DNA of 64,000 nt, taken from IMG/VR virus record IMGVR_UViG_3300029893_000001, positions 328,329 through 392,328 of that record. The stretch is one strand, 5' to 3'. Position numbers and translations under genes: made by a program. The notes under the pieces were generated by a model. It made no database searches and had not been told where the DNA came from. It saw only the letters and a program-made list of their open reading frames with translations. Of this stretch, positions 1 through 9,691 are shown piece by piece (the first letter of the stretch is position 1; every line of letters begins with the position of its first letter).

Positions 1-566
1 TGGGCTTCTTTGCACAGCCTTAGTCCGGCGTCGAATTGATCATCTTCTGTAGCCCCGGCGGTGGTTTTGAATCCTACTAGGAAGATGTCTTTGCGGGTCT
101 CGCGAATCTTGCTGATGATCTTGGCAGCGGGGTATAGAGACATTAAGTAAGACGCACTCTTGCCGTCAGTTTGACGGGTTTGAAGTCTCGGCTGGTCCTT
201 ACCTGAGTCTGTGTTGGTATACACTATACCATCAAAGTCCATACGCGAACCGGAACTAGAGGTATCCTTGATGAATCCTTCGAAATCGCACATCGCTACA
301 GAGAAGAAAACCATCTTCGACTCAGGATCGGCTACAATCTTTTCGACGAGCTTCTCGACATCGGAGTTGGTTTCAATCTTAGAGTCAGGCGATCCCATCT
401 TAGTAAGATGGAGACAAACCTCCATACCTTCGAAGAGAGGGTTTGGCCAATAGGTGATCATTCTGGCAATTGCTCTAGCTGTCTTGCCGCCGGCTGGAGC
501 CGAAAGAGCAAGATGGGGGCGCACGTGGAATAGAGTACCGCCACCAAGTACGTGAATCTTCTTCAT
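1..566 (-). CDS. CoaB-like (phosphopantothenate-cysteine ligase / DFP C-terminal domain) protein, runs off the window edge
   Basis: Not in the ORF track; translated by hand from ATG at 566: MKKIHVLGGGTLFHVRPHLALSAPAGGKTARAIA...VAMCDF...IFLVGFKTT, matching the CoaB motifs (TxGGT..SSGxxGxAIA, AAVSDF, LVGFK). Confidence 0.7.
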   Translation of the reverse strand, partial: MKKIHVLGGGTLFHVRPHLALSAPAGGKTARAIARMITYWPNPLFEGMEVCLHLTKMGSPDSKIETNSDVEKLVEKIVADPESKMVFFSVAMCDFEGFIKDTSSSGSRMDFDGIVYTNTDSGKDQPRLQTRQTDGKSASYLMSLYPAAKIISKIRETRKDIFLVGFKTTAGATEDDQFDAGLRLCKEA

Positions 567-570
567 TCGC

Positions 571-1470
571 TTAGCTCCAGACAAAATCAGTCGAAGACCG
601 GGGGTTCCATCTTTTCACCGGAGTACACAACTGCCGGCTAATTTCCTGTAGATACGTCCTGCCGTATTTTCCGTCTTCTAAGGACTTTTCCAGATGGCGC
701 GTGGAGTCATCTCGAAAGATTTCTCTCGACGCCATCCCGGCTCCGTAAGCGAGGGCAGCCACAGTGTCGGTGTCTCCGCAAAATCCAACACTCCTGACTA
801 GGAGTGCCATCGGATCGTTAGAGGATCTTATCGCAGTTGCAGCGGCTTTGACGCAGGGAATTCCGTCAGAAGGACAGAATCCATTCCAATCGTTTCCCCA
901 CTCATACCCAGGCACGTAAGCGTCGAGGTATTCATGGAGATCTTTCTTTGGTCCTAAGCCATACCAGAAGTAGTGGTACATCAGGGCTGCGGCTGCAGCA
1001 CTGTCCCTCCCCTCCTTGGTATTGTGTGTAACTGACGCCTGCAGATGCGAAAACCAAATCACCTTTTCTGGTGTGTCATAGACTCCTGCAGGCAACGCTC
1101 GCATCGCAGCCCCAGAACGACGGCTATCTGATTTGATTCTTGCGAGGAAATCCTGCGTGTCGGCGACTGTCTTCAAGAACTCGAAGAAGTGCTTAGCGTA
1201 TGTTTCTCGCGGGTCTCTCTTGAAAATCCGAAGGAAGTTTTCCGCAATCTTCTCTTGTGAGAGACCGTATGGGCTGTGTCGATGCTGCAGTACAAGCTCC
1301 GCGATCGCGATCGACATCTGTGTGTCGTCCGTGTACTCACCAGGACCGTGGGGCCCCAATGCATGAGCGAAGAATGTTTCGCCCGTGTTGTTCTCTTCCA
1401 CAAACATACGGGGCCGGAATTCAAATCCGGCCCCGTATGCGTCCCCTACTGCAATATCAACGAGAAGCAT
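571..1470 (-). CDS. ADP-ribosylglycohydrolase (DraG/ARH family)
   Basis: Motifs GDAYG, YTDDTQM, GAAMR, VTH and GDTDT in the canonical order. Confidence 0.92.
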   Translation of the reverse strand: MLLVDIAVGDAYGAGFEFRPRMFVEENNTGETFFAHALGPHGPGEYTDDTQMSIAIAELVLQHRHSPYGLSQEKIAENFLRIFKRDPRETYAKHFFEFLKTVADTQDFLARIKSDSRRSGAAMRALPAGVYDTPEKVIWFSHLQASVTHNTKEGRDSAAAAALMYHYFWYGLGPKKDLHEYLDAYVPGYEWGNDWNGFCPSDGIPCVKAAATAIRSSNDPMALLVRSVGFCGDTDTVAALAYGAGMASREIFRDDSTRHLEKSLEDGKYGRTYLQEISRQLCTPVKRWNPRSSTDFVWS

Positions 1471-1864
1471 CGTCGTTCTCCATGAACGGTAGCTGTGTCA
1501 CTTTGCTGTCCGTAGCCCCAAGCGCACGAGCCACATCATCCGGAGAGACTCGCTTCGTTGTCGGCGGCGTTAGGCGTATACCGGGCGGCGTGACTTGGGT
1601 AGAGCGCTCGTCAAGGACTTCCCGAACAATCGCACGAATGCGGTCCCGCTCTTCCTCGGCCATCCCCTTCCTCATGAACAGGTATCCAACCAACAGAGCT
1701 ACTGATGAAACGAGCAGATAGTGAAGAAACGGAGTGACAACCTCCATGTCCTCAGAAGCCATAACTGCTGCAGTCATGAAAACCACCCCTGGCGCAAGGG
1801 CTAAAATGGCCCCGAAACTACGGATCCAAAGCCATCTTGAACGAACAGAGATGGGCCGCTTCAT
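1457..1864 (-). CDS. Hypothetical membrane protein with two TM segments
   Basis: Two hydrophobic stretches; start moved to MKRPISV, directly after the stop of ORF 1867-2079. Confidence 0.6.
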   Translation of the reverse strand: MKRPISVRSRWLWIRSFGAILALAPGVVFMTAAVMASEDMEVVTPFLHYLLVSSVALLVGYLFMRKGMAEEERDRIRAIVREVLDERSTQVTPPGIRLTPPTTKRVSPDDVARALGATDSKVTQLPFMENDDASR

Positions 1865-2083
1865 ACTCACCTCGCTGGAGGAATGCTGCTTTGTCGTTGA
1901 GTAATTTTCTTCAACAGAGACAGCAGGAACGCAATGTCCCGAGACGGAATCCTTCGCACCGTTGATTTGGTTTGCTCCCATTCTCTAATCTCGTCTGGAC
2001 TAGAGGACGGGCCGGGTCCCGTCCAATAGTATGAGATTTGTTGAACGGCCCGGCCCTCTTCAGGATTTAGTATGGACATTCGG

Positions 2084-3406
2084 TTATCGCAGGGGTCTGT
2101 TTGCGGTTTTGGGTGAAGCTTTTGTAGAACTGTGAGTTGCCGAATCTACTTTGTAGGGACGCGGACGCCGTGGTGTAATTCTAGTGGCGTCAGACTTGGG
2201 CTTCACGGTCTTTGGTTTCCAGCCGTACGACTTCGCAATCTTGAAAACGTCGGCTAGCAAAACCTTGTCGTGAAGTAGAGTCGTATCATTCGACATAAAT
2301 CCAACGGATCCACGACGATTGAAGCCTGGGATCTTGGCAGGAGGCCACTTGTTCACCTTCAGTGTCGAGTCCTCAACAAGTCTGCAGAGGATTGAGTCTG
2401 CCTGTGCTCGCTCGACCGGCGGCACTTGTATGTATTGAGCCAAGCGGCCGTTCCGAAGTAGAGCTGGTTCGATTTCGGTCTTCGGAGCGTTGGTGGTCGC
2501 GATCACTCGGATGTCAATGACATCTCCGAGAAGACCGCTAGTAAGGTTCAGCACTGATGAGATCGCTGGCATATTGTCTGCCGCTCTCGTAGTCAGTATG
2601 GAGTCTGCGTCCTCGCAGATGAGGACTGTCGGCCCTACATAAAGTGATTCATCTTCTGAGTGCATGCCTCCTTCTTCTTGAAGGCTGAGAAGCGCACTCA
2701 CTAGTGATGGATCACCTAGATTTGGAACCATGGCGGGCGGGACGAAAATGAACTTGGCAGAGGGAATCTCGTGGACCAAAGAACGAATGAGGAATGTCTT
2801 GCCGCAGCCAGGCGGTCCCTCCAAGATGGTCAAACGACCATCAGGAAATGGGGTTTGAAGGTCAGAAACCGTCTTTGTAATTGCATCACGAATTGACGGG
2901 TCGTAGTTCTCAGTCTCTAGCGGTACTGCCGCGAATCCAAGGGGATTCGGCCGAATCCCTTGCTCCGTCTGAACTAGAATGTAAACTCTGCCTCGATTTG
3001 TCTTAGCCTGACGAAGGATGTTTTCGTGAAGGAATTTGCGGAAGGTCTCAGCGAAATCATAGTCCGTTGTGACTACGTTCACGCCAAGCTGAACGCTTTC
3101 ATCCGCACTTGTGATGAAGGCCGCTCCAGTTTCCCATACGTATACTTCTTCGAAGTCATCATCCCAGACATAGAATGATTCTTCGACGCGAGCGGCTCCT
3201 TGGCTTTGGAGTAGTTCAGAAAGCTGCTGATACACTTTCTCGTGGGCTACGGGGCCTGCTGCTCCGACGCGGAGCGGAGCAGGCTCACCCTTTTCAATAG
3301 CCCGAAGAGCAAGAGCCTGTTGAGCCCACTGAAAAACCCATTCGTGGGTATCGCTTCGAACTGCAGCAGGGGTCTGGGCTCGATTCCACCAAGCTTCCTT
3401 CGACAT
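2084..3406 (-). CDS. AAA+ ATPase
   Basis: Walker A GPPGCGKT, Walker B LICEDAD, sensor IATTN, arginine finger PALLRNGR. Confidence 0.9.
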   Translation of the reverse strand: MSKEAWWNRAQTPAAVRSDTHEWVFQWAQQALALRAIEKGEPAPLRVGAAGPVAHEKVYQQLSELLQSQGAARVEESFYVWDDDFEEVYVWETGAAFITSADESVQLGVNVVTTDYDFAETFRKFLHENILRQAKTNRGRVYILVQTEQGIRPNPLGFAAVPLETENYDPSIRDAITKTVSDLQTPFPDGRLTILEGPPGCGKTFLIRSLVHEIPSAKFIFVPPAMVPNLGDPSLVSALLSLQEEGGMHSEDESLYVGPTVLICEDADSILTTRAADNMPAISSVLNLTSGLLGDVIDIRVIATTNAPKTEIEPALLRNGRLAQYIQVPPVERAQADSILCRLVEDSTLKVNKWPPAKIPGFNRRGSVGFMSNDTTLLHDKVLLADVFKIAKSYGWKPKTVKPKSDATRITPRRPRPYKVDSATHSSTKASPKTANRPLR

Positions 3407-3451
3407 TCGTTTTCCTTTAGACTAACTCAAGTGTTGTTGAGACTAGAGCCG

Positions 3452-3838
3452 CTACTGACTCAGTATGTACTGAGCCCAGTGATGGGTTGTCCTCAGCACA
3501 GACGCCATATCAACTGGCTTCTGCTCGTTGAAGGCGTCTAGAGCTGGGTCTGCCACTTGTTGGATCTCCCTCAGGGCAGTACGGGCCTCATCACGTTCCT
3601 TCACGAGCTTCTTTACAAGACTCATGAGGTTCTCAACAACTTCAGGCGCCTGCGCGAATGCCTTGGCCTCTAAGTCAGAGTCGAACCGGCCGATTGGAGT
3701 ACTGAGGTCCTCACAGACGAAGACGCAAGGATTTCCGTCTCTGTCCGCCCCAACAACCCGCTTTCCAGGATGCACCTTCGACCAAGTTTCGTCAAGCTGT
3801 TTCAAGAGGTGCTCGATTTGTCTGCTATCGGTAGCCAT
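3452..3838 (-). CDS. Hypothetical coiled-coil protein
   Basis: GAGG RBS before MATDSRQ; downstream of the promoter motif at 3929-3944. Confidence 0.6.
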   Translation of the reverse strand: MATDSRQIEHLLKQLDETWSKVHPGKRVVGADRDGNPCVFVCEDLSTPIGRFDSDLEAKAFAQAPEVVENLMSLVKKLVKERDEARTALREIQQVADPALDAFNEQKPVDMASVLRTTHHWAQYILSQ

Positions 3839-4179
3839 CAACCATTCCTCGGTTGCTGCCTTACTAAGGCAAAACGCACCTCGGATCACGAAAATCGTGG
3901 CCTGCTTAGCAGGACTTTCTCCAATTCCACTATCGTTAGGGTTCGGAGACCGAGGTGCGTCTAACTCTCATCAGATAACGTAGCGGTTTTCGAGACTCTA
4001 TTGTTGCTAGTTATCTAGAAACATGCGTCAGCATATTACCCAACGAATTCTAGGAGTTGCAACTCATCTTGCGGACCTCGCCGCAGATCGCCGCCAGCTC
4101 TCGGATATCATTCGATAAATTCATCGTATAGCAGTATCATGTATCAGTCGTTAGAAGCCATCGCGCATCAGGAAAGAAT

Positions 4180-5886
4180 ATGCATATCATCATCACGAAT
4201 AACACCCGCTCAGTAGTTAGCATCAACAGCACTCTGGGTGTTGTACAAGCTCTGAGCGTAAAGACTGCAGACCTTTCGCTCAATGAGCTTGAAAAGATTG
4301 CGCCGCGGCTACATGAATTACAGCAAGCGGGCTTGATCAGCTTCAGCGTAACTCCGACAACGAGTTCTAATGATGACTTTGCAGAAGGGGCTACGATTGC
4401 GTACTTGCAGAGCAACTTCTTTCCTACGTTTCCTGCAGTTACGCGATATGTATATGTAGCAGCCACAGGTGATGACGACACCGGTGACGGCACGAGGGAT
4501 AATCCCTGGGCGACTGTCGCTCGCGCGTTTCGTGACGCGCCGAAGATCATTCGTCAAGAATCAACTTCGGACAGTATCAACTATGTAATCCGCATCGTGG
4601 CGCCGTATGACGGCCCACTCGGGAAGATGTCCTACATTGTGCAGGAATACACGCAGATCCCGGGTAACGGTCTATTGCCGCCGAATTTCTCTATCGTTGT
4701 GCAGTCCTGGACCAACTCTGCCGATCTCGGCGGAGTGGATGATCCGCGCTATACGCTCGTGGCAGGGCCCTTGACGCCAAGTGCGGCAGTAGTGTTCGCG
4801 GGTAACAGGGCGAAGTACACGATGCCTGGTGGGACGATCACTGTGAATGACCAGTGGTCTGGCAATTTCGTGCGAATCTATCAAGGTGGCGTTGAGGTTG
4901 CGCGCGGGATCATCCTTCGCACCGTTTTGTCCACGCAAGAATTGTTGGTCCATCCGACGCAGGATTACGTCCCGGCTGTAACAGACGAAATTCGTATCGT
5001 TCAACCGAGCGTGAATCTTGGTGGCATTCCCGGTGGTGCTACGCAGACCTCTTCACAAGTCCGTGCGCTAACGGAGGGCACCTTTACCACCGTGCGTTTC
5101 GAGAACATCCGCATAATGGATAGCCTGACGGTTAGCGGTAATAGTTTCTGCATCTTCTCCGGTTGCCAACTCAATGCAAATGGAGGTGGTGGCGCGTGCA
5201 ATACGTCCGATAACGGACACGCGTTCCTGTCGCCAAGTACGCTTTCCGGGGTATCGATCGACACGACGCTCCAACCAGGATCGGTACTAGTGCGAACTGG
5301 AGGTGGTTTCTGCTGTGCAGGCAGGATCTCGCTTTCGAATGGTTGTGTTCTACTCGGCGATTATTGGCCTGGAAACTTTCCTGCTACTGGACTATTTACC
5401 ATCAACTCAACAGCGACCCTTCGTGGGAAGATTACTCTCACTGGCCGCATGGAAGGACGTGTGAACCTAAGCGGACCGAGCGTAGCGAAACCGACGCTAC
5501 TCATCCATCGAAGTGCCGGTGCGATTCTTGATGCAGGTGTCGGCGCGCAGATAGTAACGCAAGGCGTAATCGCTGTCGATGCTGGAGCAGCTCTCGGTAA
5601 CGTATTTACGATCAAAGACGCGCGAATGATGGCATTCAGTACAGCGACGCAGCTCGTGCCAGCTGATTCAGGCGTTCCTACGATGGCGTCTGGGATCCCT
5701 GTGGAAGTTCAGCGGGATGGATCTGCCCAGGTCAATACGACTTCAACGCTGGCAGGTGCTGGTGGTGTGGATGTGAAGGCAGGAGATAATGCTGGTCTTA
5801 CATGGGCAGCGCTAGCTGCTATCGTCGGACCTCCGGCCAAGCGGAGCACGGATAGCGGAAAGCAGGCTACTGTGTGGGCCCCTTGA
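4180..5886 (+). CDS. Putative virion structural / fibre-spike protein with a pectin-lyase-like beta-helix region
   Basis: YVYVAATGDDDTGDGTRDNPWATVARA motif typical of beta-helix and tail-spike proteins; Gly/Thr/Val-rich; opposite strand to its neighbours; N-terminal domain shared with 54126-54944. Confidence 0.65.
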   Translation: MHIIITNNTRSVVSINSTLGVVQALSVKTADLSLNELEKIAPRLHELQQAGLISFSVTPTTSSNDDFAEGATIAYLQSNFFPTFPAVTRYVYVAATGDDDTGDGTRDNPWATVARAFRDAPKIIRQESTSDSINYVIRIVAPYDGPLGKMSYIVQEYTQIPGNGLLPPNFSIVVQSWTNSADLGGVDDPRYTLVAGPLTPSAAVVFAGNRAKYTMPGGTITVNDQWSGNFVRIYQGGVEVARGIILRTVLSTQELLVHPTQDYVPAVTDEIRIVQPSVNLGGIPGGATQTSSQVRALTEGTFTTVRFENIRIMDSLTVSGNSFCIFSGCQLNANGGGGACNTSDNGHAFLSPSTLSGVSIDTTLQPGSVLVRTGGGFCCAGRISLSNGCVLLGDYWPGNFPATGLFTINSTATLRGKITLTGRMEGRVNLSGPSVAKPTLLIHRSAGAILDAGVGAQIVTQGVIAVDAGAALGNVFTIKDARMMAFSTATQLVPADSGVPTMASGIPVEVQRDGSAQVNTTSTLAGAGGVDVKAGDNAGLTWAALAAIVGPPAKRSTDSGKQATVWAP

Positions 5887-6379
5887 TCTCGTTAGCAGTA
5901 ATGATGTATCAATACTGGGCAGAGGTTACGAGAGAAGGTCAGGACATGAGGGGCCAGTTCACAGACTCGAACAGGTCCAGAAGGACATACAATTCGCGTT
6001 GGAGACTTTTCGTATTCTAGACGCTCTATACCACACTGAAAAGCTTCGCTACGGACCCAGGTCACCGCAAGCGGGCCAAATGCAAACGGCCCTGGGACTG
6101 TCATCCCCTCAAGAGAGACCTTCCCCGGACCGTCCTACGCGATCGCTGTCTTGGAAATGATTTAGCGGTAAGCTCCGATGGCGTCGGGACGCTTGACCAC
6201 GCTAGTGATTGATACCTGGTCTTCAGGGCCTGCTCGCCTACTCACCCACCAGTAGGCCACTTTCGCGATAATCTTACTTCGGAAAAACCGGTGCCACAGA
6301 ATCTCCCAACGAGGGGTACCTAGATTTCCGTCCGAAGACATGCCTTCATGAACTACTATCCAGTTATAGGATGTAATGC

Positions 6380-6748
6380 TCATCCAAATACCGGACCCTT
6401 GTAGTCATCGTCTCTAGACGTACCTACTGTGAATTCCTCGCCTGGGCGTACGCGACCTCGACCTACATTCACTATGTAATGGCACATAGAGACCCAGGCA
6501 ATCTCTTCTTCGACCCTGAGACGCTCAGAGTTCTTGAGCTTCTTCTCAAGCTCCCTGTAGCGCTTCAGAATAGCCTTTCTGGCATCATCAATAGCGGCTT
6601 CGCGGCTATCCCCTTCTCCCTCAATTCCTGTCTCAATCCAAGTGGCTACCCAGTTAGACCCACCACCTGCCAACTCAAGGGGAAGAGGCGAGTCAAGATG
6701 TAGCTCTGTATCTTCTAGGGTCTCCAAGTATTCACTCTGAGTCGTCAT
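6380..6748 (-). CDS. HicB-like antitoxin-fold protein
   Basis: WVATWIETGIEGEGDSREAAIDDARKAI fits the HicB N-terminal GxTxEEAxxxxxEAI pattern; no HicA recognised nearby. Confidence 0.5.
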   Translation of the reverse strand: MTTQSEYLETLEDTELHLDSPLPLELAGGGSNWVATWIETGIEGEGDSREAAIDDARKAILKRYRELEKKLKNSERLRVEEEIAWVSMCHYIVNVGRGRVRPGEEFTVGTSRDDDYKGPVFG

Positions 6749-6992
6749 CGTGTCCTCTGCTCTTTCGTATTAGCTTGCAGATCTCGGCTTCTTGTTCCGG
6801 AGTAAGGTCTAAAGGGTCCCCATCGTATTCTGGCATTTCTGGGGGAATCCAGTCCTCGGCTTCAGCCTGCAGCTTTGCTAGTTCTGGGGTGAGGACGTCA
6901 TGGAAGAAGAGCTTTTCTTCCTCCTCCACATTTTTCTTGGTCCTCTTCACTTTTGCCATTTTACAGACTATCTACGGGTCAGGGACGTAGAT

Positions 6993-7178
6993 ATGCAAGA
7001 CCACCGTCTATTACAACTCGCTCGACGCCTTGAGAGGCTTGCCGCTCTTTCTATTCTCGCCCGGAAAAAGAAGAAGCGCAAGAAGAAAAAGAAGCGCAAG
7101 GACTATGCTGGCGCTCCTGCTGACGCTCTTGACGTGACATTTGGCGGGGACGGCGGTGGTGATGGAGGCGGCGGTTAG
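6993..7178 (+). CDS. Small very basic protein (poly-Lys/Arg, Gly/Asp tail), possibly DNA-binding or virion-internal
   Basis: MQDHRLLQLARRLERLAALSILARKKKKRKKKKKRKDY...GGDGGGDGGGG; AGGGA upstream. Confidence 0.55.
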   Translation: MQDHRLLQLARRLERLAALSILARKKKKRKKKKKRKDYAGAPADALDVTFGGDGGGDGGGG

Positions 7179-7337
7179 GGCCGCAGAGAAGCCTCTTCGA
7201 GTTTCTCTAATTCACTGCGTAGCCTCTGAAGGTAGCAGTCAACGCAGAACTCTTGTGGCGTTTCGACGAACGGCGGCTGCAACTGCCTGGATCGTACCAG
7301 AGGTACTGGGTTGTGGCAATCGTAGCAAGCTACGACC

Positions 7338-7985
7338 TTAGCCGCGGAGATTCGGTAGCCCATTGATCTGGTGTAAGCTGATTACATCTGAAGACAAGAA
7401 TTGAATCTCCTTATCCCAGATCCAACGTACTTCCTTAATCTCGTCGTAGTTCATAAGGATGTCGGAAGCATAAGAGTGGACCACCGTGAGAATGCCATCT
7501 CCGATGAATCCAGGTATGTTCCATCCACGATCGGCTGCAGCCTCGATAGGATCCCACCCATAAGAGTCACATGTGCTGGAGGACAGGTGGGACAAAACGT
7601 CTACAGACATGTACTTGCGGTCTTCGGGGTCCTCAGGGAATAGTCGACTATTGCGTTCTCTGGTAGACTCTCCGCATTCAGGACAAAAGCGTGCCTCGGA
7701 CTTGACTGCTTTTTGGCAACATGGCGGAAGTATAGCTGCTTCGGAGTCAAGAGAAAATCCCTTGTGGTACTTCACAACCGCCAAATAGGCGGCTCTTAAT
7801 GAAGCAAACGAGACTTCCCACGCCTCCCAAGGCGTTGGCGCATCCGGAAATTCTACGCGCATCCCATTGTCGTTGCGCAAACTCATAACGACAGGGCTTG
7901 TCGAATTGCTCTCGACATACCCATCGTAGAACATGAAGATGTTGTACTTTGCGGGATTCAACGGTAGGTCATGAACTGATTCCAT
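7338..7985 (-). CDS. Hypothetical protein with a zinc-ribbon motif
   Basis: CC..ARFCPECG motif; in operon order. Confidence 0.55.
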   Translation of the reverse strand: MESVHDLPLNPAKYNIFMFYDGYVESNSTSPVVMSLRNDNGMRVEFPDAPTPWEAWEVSFASLRAAYLAVVKYHKGFSLDSEAAILPPCCQKAVKSEARFCPECGESTRERNSRLFPEDPEDRKYMSVDVLSHLSSSTCDSYGWDPIEAAADRGWNIPGFIGDGILTVVHSYASDILMNYDEIKEVRWIWDKEIQFLSSDVISLHQINGLPNLRG

Positions 7986-8508
7986 GACGCAAACTCCTTT
8001 CGTTCCACGCTCGAACTAGAATCGGCGTGGGATCGAGCAATTCTTCCGGCTGCGGATTTCCCTTTTTCCACCAAACAGTACTGCGAGTACCTGGAATGTA
8101 CAGTTCCAGGTGAAGCATGAATCGTGAGTGTCCCGGTATATCCGAACGCTCTTGGCCTGGCTTCAAAACAGGAACTACGTTTGCGATTTCCTGACCTACG
8201 CAAACCAAGTCTCCTGCGGATACCTTCGGAGTCACTTCTCCATAGGCGATGACACCGCTTGGCCCCTCGACAAGAATGACGTCAGTAGGAAGCCACCAAG
8301 GAGACTCAGGAGGTCCTGTGAATTGCTCAATGCACACTACCCTACCGGTTTCCATCGCTAGGACCGGTGCGTTCTCGCGCGTATAGATGTCCACTCCAGT
8401 GTGAACGTCGTGTTTCCTGACGGCCCCGAACTTCCCTTCTTTTGAAAGGAGTCTAGGGAACTCAGTCCACTCGTAAGGGAGAGGAAAACAAATCTCGGTC
8501 ATTCGCAT
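7969..8508 (-). CDS. M23 family metallopeptidase
   Basis: HTGVDIY (HxxxD) and MLHLE (HxH-like, first His replaced) motifs; start approximate. Confidence 0.8.
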   Translation of the reverse strand: MRMTEICFPLPYEWTEFPRLLSKEGKFGAVRKHDVHTGVDIYTRENAPVLAMETGRVVCIEQFTGPPESPWWLPTDVILVEGPSGVIAYGEVTPKVSAGDLVCVGQEIANVVPVLKPGQERSDIPGHSRFMLHLELYIPGTRSTVWWKKGNPQPEELLDPTPILVRAWNERSLRHGISS

Positions 8509-9691
8509 ATGATTCTCGGAATGCATCGAACGCGGCTACAGCCGGGCCCAGGAATTCTTCCTTAAGGCACAACTCATCACAGAGCATGATGTTCCGATAC
8601 CCAATATCGTACAACCATGCCAGCTCAGAGAAATCGGAGCACGCAGGCACTGGAGACCTGACTATCGACAGCAGCAGCCTCGACGCCACACAGGCTTCTG
8701 GGTCGTGCGCCAGAATCATCTTCTGTGCTGTCAGGATTTCATGGGGTCTATCCAATTCAACGTACAAATCTCCGCGAGCGGTGACTAGAGTCAAGTTGTC
8801 TCTCTTCTTGAATTCTCTGGATACGTATTCGAGTCCCTTCTTAGACTCGATCTTCAGCATCACCTCAGCATCGCGTCCGACCAGCTCAAGAAATTCGTCT
8901 ACGTCGCGCTGCGATTCGACATAAGACAGGAACCACTTCGTGAATCCAGCCTTCTTCACGCGAGCGATCTTCTCAAGCTCCGAAGGAACAAATTGGTCTC
9001 CGCCAACTACGAGGCTTGGGTGGCGGATGTGAATCGATTCGCCCTCTCTCACCATGTACTTGGGACCGCCCCTAAAGACCAGCCGGTATCCGTCATCAAC
9101 GACACGCTCTAGCAGGGCAGTGTCGGCTCCCGCCTTAAACAAGACAGGAGTAGGGGTGGTCACCGAAATGGGGTGGTTGAGACGAATCTCCAAGTGGGAT
9201 GTCTCTGGAAGAACCTCTACAATTCGTAGCTGTCGGCCCTTGATGTCGTAGAAGAGCGGAACGGTTCCTTCGTGGCGTTCGGCCTCTACAATTTTCAGCT
9301 CCTTATCCAACTCTGGCAGTGCCATCATGGCACTATTGAGCCGAATGCCAGAAAGCCTGGGGTCGTTTAGGAAGGGGCGGAAGTGGGGGAAGCTGGGCCA
9401 GAGAGTGACCAGAAGCTTGAGATCAGTGTCCATCGATTTGGCTTCTGCCCGAATTGCAAGGGAAGCTTCCTTGGAGATTCGGTGCAGACGCACCCGAAGA
9501 AACCATAGAGTCGCAACGTAAGCGATTCCTGCCAAGACCAGAGCTAGACTCCCCGCTCCCACGGCTCGCATCCATGCCTCTGGACCGGCAAAGATGATAA
9601 TGAGACACGCGGTAAGAAGAATCAGGGGTACAATGATCTGACCAGCCCTGACATACCAAGGCATGTGGAAGGTCACTTGAGAAGTTTTCAT
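8462..9691 (-). CDS. Pyruvate-kinase-like barrel protein with an N-terminal hydrophobic extension
   Basis: LLVTLWPS, IRLNSA, DIKGRQLR, KIESKKGL and ARGDL correspond to PK barrel motifs; no C-terminal allosteric domain. Confidence 0.75.
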   Translation of the reverse strand: MKTSQVTFHMPWYVRAGQIIVPLILLTACLIIIFAGPEAWMRAVGAGSLALVLAGIAYVATLWFLRVRLHRISKEASLAIRAEAKSMDTDLKLLVTLWPSFPHFRPFLNDPRLSGIRLNSAMMALPELDKELKIVEAERHEGTVPLFYDIKGRQLRIVEVLPETSHLEIRLNHPISVTTPTPVLFKAGADTALLERVVDDGYRLVFRGGPKYMVREGESIHIRHPSLVVGGDQFVPSELEKIARVKKAGFTKWFLSYVESQRDVDEFLELVGRDAEVMLKIESKKGLEYVSREFKKRDNLTLVTARGDLYVELDRPHEILTAQKMILAHDPEACVASRLLLSIVRSPVPACSDFSELAWLYDIGYRNIMLCDELCLKEEFLGPAVAAFDAFRESYANDRDLFSSPLRVD

